A DNA stretch of 64,000 nucleotides from Enoplolaimus lenunculus (lineage: Eukaryota). Location: positions 310,001 through 374,000 of the forward strand of contig JASANG010002509.1 in assembly GCA_030248215.1 (NCBI GenBank), given 5' to 3'. A program made the translations under genes and the position numbers. Of this stretch, positions 57,630-64,000 are shown in pieces (the stretch's first letter is position 1; each line of letters opens with the position of its first letter). A model generated the notes under the pieces. It did not search any database and was not told the DNA's origin. It worked only from the letters and a program-made list of their open reading frames with translations.

Positions 57630-60600
57630 CTGAAAAAATACACTGGATTCAACAAATACAGTAAGTAATCTACAAACAAAAACAGAAACCTAAAGAGAGC
57701 CTAACGCCTAAAAAAAATTTTGAACAAATAACCAGTTTATGAAAACACAAAATATTAAGTATATAGGCGGTTTGCACCATTCATGTGTAAAATAGCCACA
57801 CTTGGACTCTAAACCTACACTGCAAAAAATGGTGAGTCAAATTGACTCTCTCTCCGAAATAGGCTTTTCCTGACTACACAAACTGAGTCAAAATTCGACT
57901 CCGCCAGAGTCAAAGTGGGTCGAATTTGATGCAGACGGAGTCGACTTTTGACTGCTTCTGTAGTCAGGAAAAGCCTATTTTGGAGAGAGTCAATTTGACT
58001 CTCCATTTTTTGCAGTGTAAGGAAAAGCAAAAATTATAGTCTATAATGTAAGCCTAATTTTTTTGCACTCCCACCAACAAATGGGACAACCCTAAAAGTA
58101 TAACATGACTCAGCGAAATGAAGCGACTACATATCAAAATTAGCTAACAAGTAGAACCAATTAAGTGCTGAAAAACAAGAAATTTTGACGCTTTCCTTAA
58201 GCTGGTTGCTTCAAAATTTACAAGAGCTATCGTCAACTCTGCGATAGGTGTTATATACATTTGAGAATATAACCAAAAAGGTTAAAAAATATCTGTGCTC
58301 GATAGCACTGTAGTTTTGGCCAATGTTACTTTAAGGGGTGTAACAGTGGATTAAGCGTATTCCTAAGCTTAAGCCTAAGCGTTGCAAAAATGTGTTCCTA
58401 AACCTAAGCTTAAGCCTAAGCCTCAGCAAAAAAATGTAATCTAGAATGTAAACTTACTCTTTTAAATAGCCACCAGAAACCTGGACGCCCTTTAAAGTAA
58501 CATTGGTCCGTAGTTTTAATAGCTCGTATTGCATACTTGACGATTGCTGCTATTTCAAGTCGCTTACTTACCAATTATTAGCCAAACGATTAGTCGAATC
58601 CACGTTTGGTACTCAAGTGTTGCCATCATGATTATGTTACAGATCGCTGATAGCACTGGAAGAAACGGAACCATTGGAACCTGTAAAGAAACGCCTCGGA
58701 CAGTGACCAGTTGGGCATTAAATCAGGCAGTCACGCTTATCCGATTGTTTACAAGTTGGAGATAGTTCCAAAATGTACTATGTAGTATTATGAGATTAGG
58801 CCCATCTACTTATAGAACAGGGCCGGAACGTTTTCCAGCGGGACTGTAATAGAGTGAGCTTAAGCATTAAACTAATTTTTGTTGCTTAGGCTTAGGTTTA
58901 GGCTTATACTACTGTTCCGGCCCTGTTCTATACATTGGCCGTTCCAAAATGTACTATATAGTATTGTGAGATTACTGTTAAACCCAGTAAAAATTTCTAC
59001 GAACGTGAACTCCATAAAGTCAATTCAGCTACAACAGTAAGTATGTTGTTTCGCTATCAATTTGATTGCTGTATACCCGCCGTGGTTTCGCTGAAGTAAA
59101 TTTACAGTAGCCAGGGTGTAAACGGAGAGTAAAAATAACGGAAACGGATAGTGATCAAAATAAACGAAACGGAAACCAAAAACAGATATTGAAGTAAAAA
59201 AGATTCAAACTTGTTATTTTATTTTTCTGTCAACACAATTGAGGCGTACGTATAGTCATCACTCATCAGTTTTTGAATTAAAGAACAAATGACGCATGCA
59301 TCAAAATTTTTAAAATTTTAGATATAAATTTCGTAATTTTTAATTCATTTCAAACAATTATAGCATATCTATAATGAAAAATTACGAGATAATATATGTG
59401 ATTTATAACTAATTTTGAACGTAAAAATAACACAATTTCCGGCATTTAATAACCGAAACGGAACCGGACATCGATTTTTACTAGGAACGGAAACAGACAT
59501 CCGGTATACTCTGACAGTAGCTTAACTAAGTCAGCGTGATTGCAAGATTTTCAACGCCACGACCTTTAAAGTATACCTATTTGGTAGCAACAACCAAAGC
59601 TATCTTATGTTCATAATGTATTTATCATTTACTTTAAACGGGATATCATACTGATTTTGATTGAGTTGATTCAAAAACACTGTAATCGCAACGACAACAC
59701 ACGCAAGCACGATCGCAACTGGAAAGCCAGCACCTTCAAAACTAGTGCTGAATCCAACATTCCCATATACCACTAGAACGCTTGCAACCGCAATTGCAAC
59801 AATTAGCAGCAAGATCAAGCCATAAAGCGTCATATTTGAAATAGCCAATTTGGTGCCCGCACAGCAAATGTGACCAAGACTCGTCCGCGAATCTTCCGCG
59901 CCGCCTGTGTCTACCTTACCCATGTTCGTTTTCGCTTCACCACTAACGTTCTGTTCAGCTCCAGGCTGACCCGTCGTTTGCTGGAAACCGTGGAGTTTTG
60001 CTGCGACCCCTGTAACAGGTTCGATTCCGTTATGCCTGTATCTGAGTATAACAACACAAACACCAACAAACGTATACGCCATCAAAGTTCCAATTGCCAA
60101 CAAATCAACCAACGTATCAAGTTTGACAAATACCGCCAAAGCGATCAACAACGGAGCAAAGCAACCCACAGCAACAGTTGGCACTTGCGTTCGTGGATGG
60201 ATCCAGCCCAAAAACGAAAATATCAGTCCATCGTCGGCCATAGCATAAACGCATCGTGGCAACGCAAATACGTGTCCAATCAACGCTGACGTCATAGCGC
60301 ACAGCGCTCCAACTGAAACAATATATTTCGCCCATTGGACTCCGTGTCGATCGAACGCGTCAGAAAACGCGGACGACGTATGAATTTGTGAGTACGGAAC
60401 CATCGCTGTCAAAATACCCGACATAATCACGTACGCAACGGTAACAATGACCATGGCGATTAGCGTAGCGCGCGGCATCGACTTCGCTGGATTTTGTGCT
60501 TCTTCAGCCGCAGTCGCCATTGCGTCGAAACCGATATAAGCGAAAAAACACCGAGACGCCCCTGAAAAAATGCTTACAACGCCGAACGGTAAAAAGTTCC

Positions 60601-63516
60601 GGGTCCAATTTTCAGAGCGAACAAACGCCAAGCCAGTAAGTATGATAAACGCAATAACGCTAACGTTAAGCACTGTGAATACATGATTGCAGCGTGCAGT
60701 TGATTTTAGCCCAGACGCAACAAAAGCGACAACACCGAGTAGAATTGCAGCTGCGCCGAAATCTGGATATTCTGACAAAAAACTCCACGCGTTTGAGTCG
60801 TTTTCCAGTCGCAGAGGCATATTTGTTCGACTTACGTTCGATATCCAATGACCCGACAGAGAGTCGAGATAAGCTGACCACGTCCGCGCAACAGCGGCAG
60901 CGCCTGAAATTTCAGAATCATATAAAAGATTTGTGGACTTTAGGATAGTGACTGAAGATCATTTTAGCTATTAACAACGAAAGCTTTTCATAGCAAAATA
61001 TTGCAAAACTTCGGCACATACGTCCAAAACCACACTTTCCTTCTGCAAACTCGACTCTATACCGTATAGCATGTTGACATGCGTTACTTAACAGTAGACC
61101 TTACAGACACCATATTTTAAAATATATATGCGCATTAGCAACAGACGAGTCCGTATCCCTCAGCATCCAGTCAAAATTTGACACGAATTAATTTCTTTTG
61201 AAGACGGCGAAGAACGCATGCGTTCCTAAAATCCGGCAAAACCGACTAAAAACAAGGACACTTTAGCAGGTTGTTGACTGGATCTACTGGATTATTCCTA
61301 CAGGTTCAAAAAATATTTCACGCTCTCGTAACACTTTTGACTGTACCATTCGTAGCCACCGCGCAGGAAATTACCGAATTATATACCGTTGGTCGAACGA
61401 GGTCGCAATGAAAGTACTTAAACCACAAGGAAAGCTGTGAAAGTTAGCTGATGCTGACGTCATCTACAAATGCTCAACTGCTGTTTGGAAAGTTCCAGCA
61501 CAGCTGTTAAAAATGCAGGGCCGGATGAAGGTAGTGAGAGACCCGGGGCCTATATGACCAGAAGGTCGGGGGTTCGCATCACAAGGAGACCCGGGGCCTA
61601 TACGACTAGCACGTGCTTTGCGTGTCCGAGAGGGTTCTCTAATAAAATGTTTCACAGCTTGTATAACTTCGTGGTCCGCGAAAAAAACTTTTGCTGGCTT
61701 GCTATCAATTGAAACATATCGTCGGTTTTCGGTTGCCGGGAGGGCCGCATGTGGTGCGAGGCCCGGAGCCCGGGCCCCCTTTAAACCGGCGTTGGTTAAA
61801 ACCAGTGGTCAATGAGTCGGATCAGATACACTGATGCCATTGGTACAAATCTTACCAATAATATGCTCCAATAGTATACTCCATCCAATCATAAACGCCC
61901 ATATTTCGCCCATCGTCACATAAATATATGTGTATGCCGAGCCAGCACGCGGTATCCATGTTCCGAATTCAGCAAAACTCAGTGCCGATAGTGAACTTGC
62001 AACGCCAGCGAACACAAACGACAGGATAACCGCTGGTCCTGAAAAATATATTCAATATACAATTTGATGTTGGATCTTGGAGCCAAACCGTTTTTAAACG
62101 CAAGACGTCTTAGACACGATTTAAACGTACAGTAAAACAGTCGGACCCATTTATAGAACAGGGCCGGATCGTTTTCCGGAGGGGTTATAATAGAGTCAAT
62201 TTAAGCTCTAGACTAATTTTTTTTTGCTTAGGCTTAGGCTTAGGAATAAGCTCATCCATACGCTTAGGCTTAGGGTTCTGTTTAGGAACATGCTTATACT
62301 ACTGTTCCGGCCCTGTTCTATACATAGGCCAACAGTCGGAACGAGATGGATCAAAAAAACTAAAACCAAAACGGAAAACCGATATTGAAGTATAAAAGTT
62401 ATTAAATGCAGAGGCAAAAAAACAACTGCTGTATGACAATCTCACTATCACTCAATTTACTAGGAATATATATGGCGTATTTTTGAGTTTTTTCACAAAT
62501 TAGCTCAAACCTCTGCTATCCCGATCCGCAATTAGAAATAGCTTATGAAAATATTTGAATATACTGGCATATGTTTAATATTTGAACCATATTATTCTTA
62601 TGTCTTCTCATATGATTCGACATTTGAGCTTGTAATAAATTAAACATTATCTTACCACTCTAAGATAGAATCTTAAGTATTCGTAGGTACTATTCATATT
62701 TATGTAATTCCGTGTTCAACTAGAATTATAGCTAGCGTGGTACAAATACCACTTTTTGTACTGCATGCAATTAATACCACGAAACCAGAATTGTGGGCAC
62801 CGGAAAAAATCAACGGAAACCACGGGTTTTTCCGTGCTGTTTTCCGTTTTTTTGCAAGATGGTGGAAAAAACGGAAAAAACTTTTCATTTTATAATCTCG
62901 GTAAATAAATCGCAAAACAGCGACAAATCATCGCGGAAACCACGAGCAATTGGTTTTTGCACGCTTGCGTCACCGCGAAGGCTTGTTTACTGGGGAGGAA
63001 TCAGGGACGGATCCAGAAATTCTCTAAAATGAGGAACCGCACAAGATAATACAGTGGAAGTACTCGCGAGCGAAGCGATATGCCAAAGCGTAACCCTAAA
63101 ACTAAATCTGTGTCTAAGAGGCCTAAGCATAACTCTGAACCTAAATCTGCGTCTAAGCCTGTGCCTAAGTTCAAGCTTCTCAGTATAAGCTCAATCTTAA
63201 ATCTAAGCCCAAACGCTAACCTGAAATGTGATGTACTCAAAGAGTATATACAACCCGCAGTTAACTGTAACTTAAACCTGCATTCGCTGAAACTTTTACT
63301 ACCAATCAAATCCTCAGCCCACAAAAACTTACCCGTGATTCTAGCGGCGACCTGACCAGCAAGGACATAAATACCTCCCCCAAACATCGCTCCCATCCCA
63401 AGCAAAACAATATCCGCAGTCGACAGTGATCGACTCAGCGGTGTCGCTAAACTTCCCGGCTCGAAATGTTTTCGTCGAACCAAATTTTGAAACAAAGCTC
63501 CCGAGCATCGAGCCAT
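57499..63516 (-). CDS. Cationic amino acid transporter family member (SLC7 CAT subfamily, most like CAT-4/SLC7A4), 5 exons, about 625 aa
   Basis: Exons 63516-63333, 62038-61856, 60903-59633, 58680-58572, 57629-57499 (1878 nt, phases consistent). CAT motifs: L.RRK...LSRSL...GMGAMFGGGIYVLAG, GPAVILSF, FAEFG..IPRAGSAY.Y.Y, FFAYIGFD....AEEA.NP, LPR..YAMA.DGL, IGTLMAYT, FKVP.VPFLP, TWIR...W..IG..IYF.YG..HS. Confidence 0.92.
57818..58017. mobile_element. CACTG MITE, same family
   Basis: TA-CACTGCAAAAAATGGTGAGTCAAATTGACTC...TTTTTTGCAGTG-TA. Confidence 0.9.
58318..58509. mobile_element. GGCC/TTAGGC MITE, second subfamily
   Basis: GGCCAATGTTACTTTAA...TTAAAGTAACATTGGTCC; TSD GTAGTTTT; relatives at 7303-7487, 18484-18680, about 22816-23004 and about 50553-50750. 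Confidence 0.82.
58572..58680 (-). CDS. CAT transporter exon 4
   Basis: VPMVPFLPVLSAICNIIMMATLEYQTWIRLIVWLII; donor GTAAGT. Confidence 0.9.
58799..58940. mobile_element. GGCC/TTAGGC MITE (similar copy at about 62143-62330; partial at about 26212-26340)
   Basis: GGCCCAT...TATAGAACAGGG / CCCTGTTCTATACATTGGCC. Confidence 0.8.
59112..59513. mobile_element. hAT-like MITE relative with 8-bp TSD
   Basis: CAGGGTGTAAACGG...CCGGTATACTCTG; TSD ACAGTAGC on both sides. Confidence 0.78.
59633..60903 (-). CDS. CAT transporter exon 3
   Basis: AAAVARTWSAYLDSL...YDIPFK; donor GTAAAT. Confidence 0.92.
61856..62038 (-). CDS. CAT transporter exon 2
   Basis: PAVILSFVFAG...GWSILLEHII; donor GTAAGA. Confidence 0.9.
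63333..63516 (-). CDS. CAT transporter exon 1
   Basis: MARCSGALFQNLVRRK...AGQVAARIT; donor GTAAGT. Confidence 0.85.
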
Positions 63517-64000
63517 ATTTCTGTGTACCGGTTGCGATTGGCGAAACTCTTTAAGTAAACGATAATTTCTATGGTGTACCAATAGCCGGTCGATCCCACA
63601 GTAAAGTTGTCTACCCGCGTTCAAGATTATATTAAGTTTGTTTGTGACTAATATTCAACATTGCTATGTTATACTTTACCGGTATATCGGATCAAGTCAA
63701 CCTAGTAACTGTGTTCACAATCAATTATTAAACTACGAAATACATGGGTTAACAAAAGTTGTACAACCAGGGTTCCAACAGAAACTATGTTTTGCCGGAA
63801 CAGGAACAGGAACACGAATTGAATTTGTTTGCAGAAACAGCAACACGAACAGGAACCGGAATTTGAAACTGTTGGACTTTACACAAAACTTGCCAAAAAT
63901 CGGCTTAAAAAATTTTCCACGCTATTTCATCATCAAGTTTTGCGAAAACACATCAGCAACAATTAAGTAACAAAGTTGATATTTGTACACCACTGACGTC

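Noticed and set aside
63001..63332. C-terminal part of the 207-aa ORF and the 63080-63355 ORF
   Set aside because: Read-through past the GTAAGT donor at 63332 into a degenerate hexamer repeat in the intron.

Overview
This is AT-rich, intron-containing animal DNA, probably invertebrate (species not determinable here). It is not prokaryotic and has no CRISPR or operon structure. Three spliced genes can be rebuilt by hand from GT-AG boundaries with consistent reading phase. (1) A Dachsous-type giant cadherin on + with 23 visible exons (1283-35320; the 5' end lies upstream of the window). (2) A PRC1/MAP65/Ase1 microtubule cross-linker on - with 14 exons (52052-40018, about 583 aa), mostly missed by the ORF track. 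(3) An SLC7 CAT-family amino-acid transporter on - with 5 exons (63516-57499, about 625 aa). Introns and intergenic DNA are dense with non-autonomous DNA transposons: CACTG/TA-TSD, CAGGG/8-bp-TSD, GGCC/8-bp-TSD carrying TTAGGC arrays, and TTAA/piggyBac-like elements with tRNA-like boxes. There are also tRNA-like SINE heads, a CR1/L2-type LINE endonuclease relic, a 3.1-kb 28-bp minisatellite and other tandem repeats. I found no clear new multi-gene system. The best leads are a PRC1 that seems to lack one rod repeat, a Dachsous with a large furin-site insert and very long tail, a His at a CAT specificity position, a tandem repeat with an inverted core, and a DNA-transposon/tRNA-promoter chimera. 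Comparisons with human proteins are from memory and need a real alignment.
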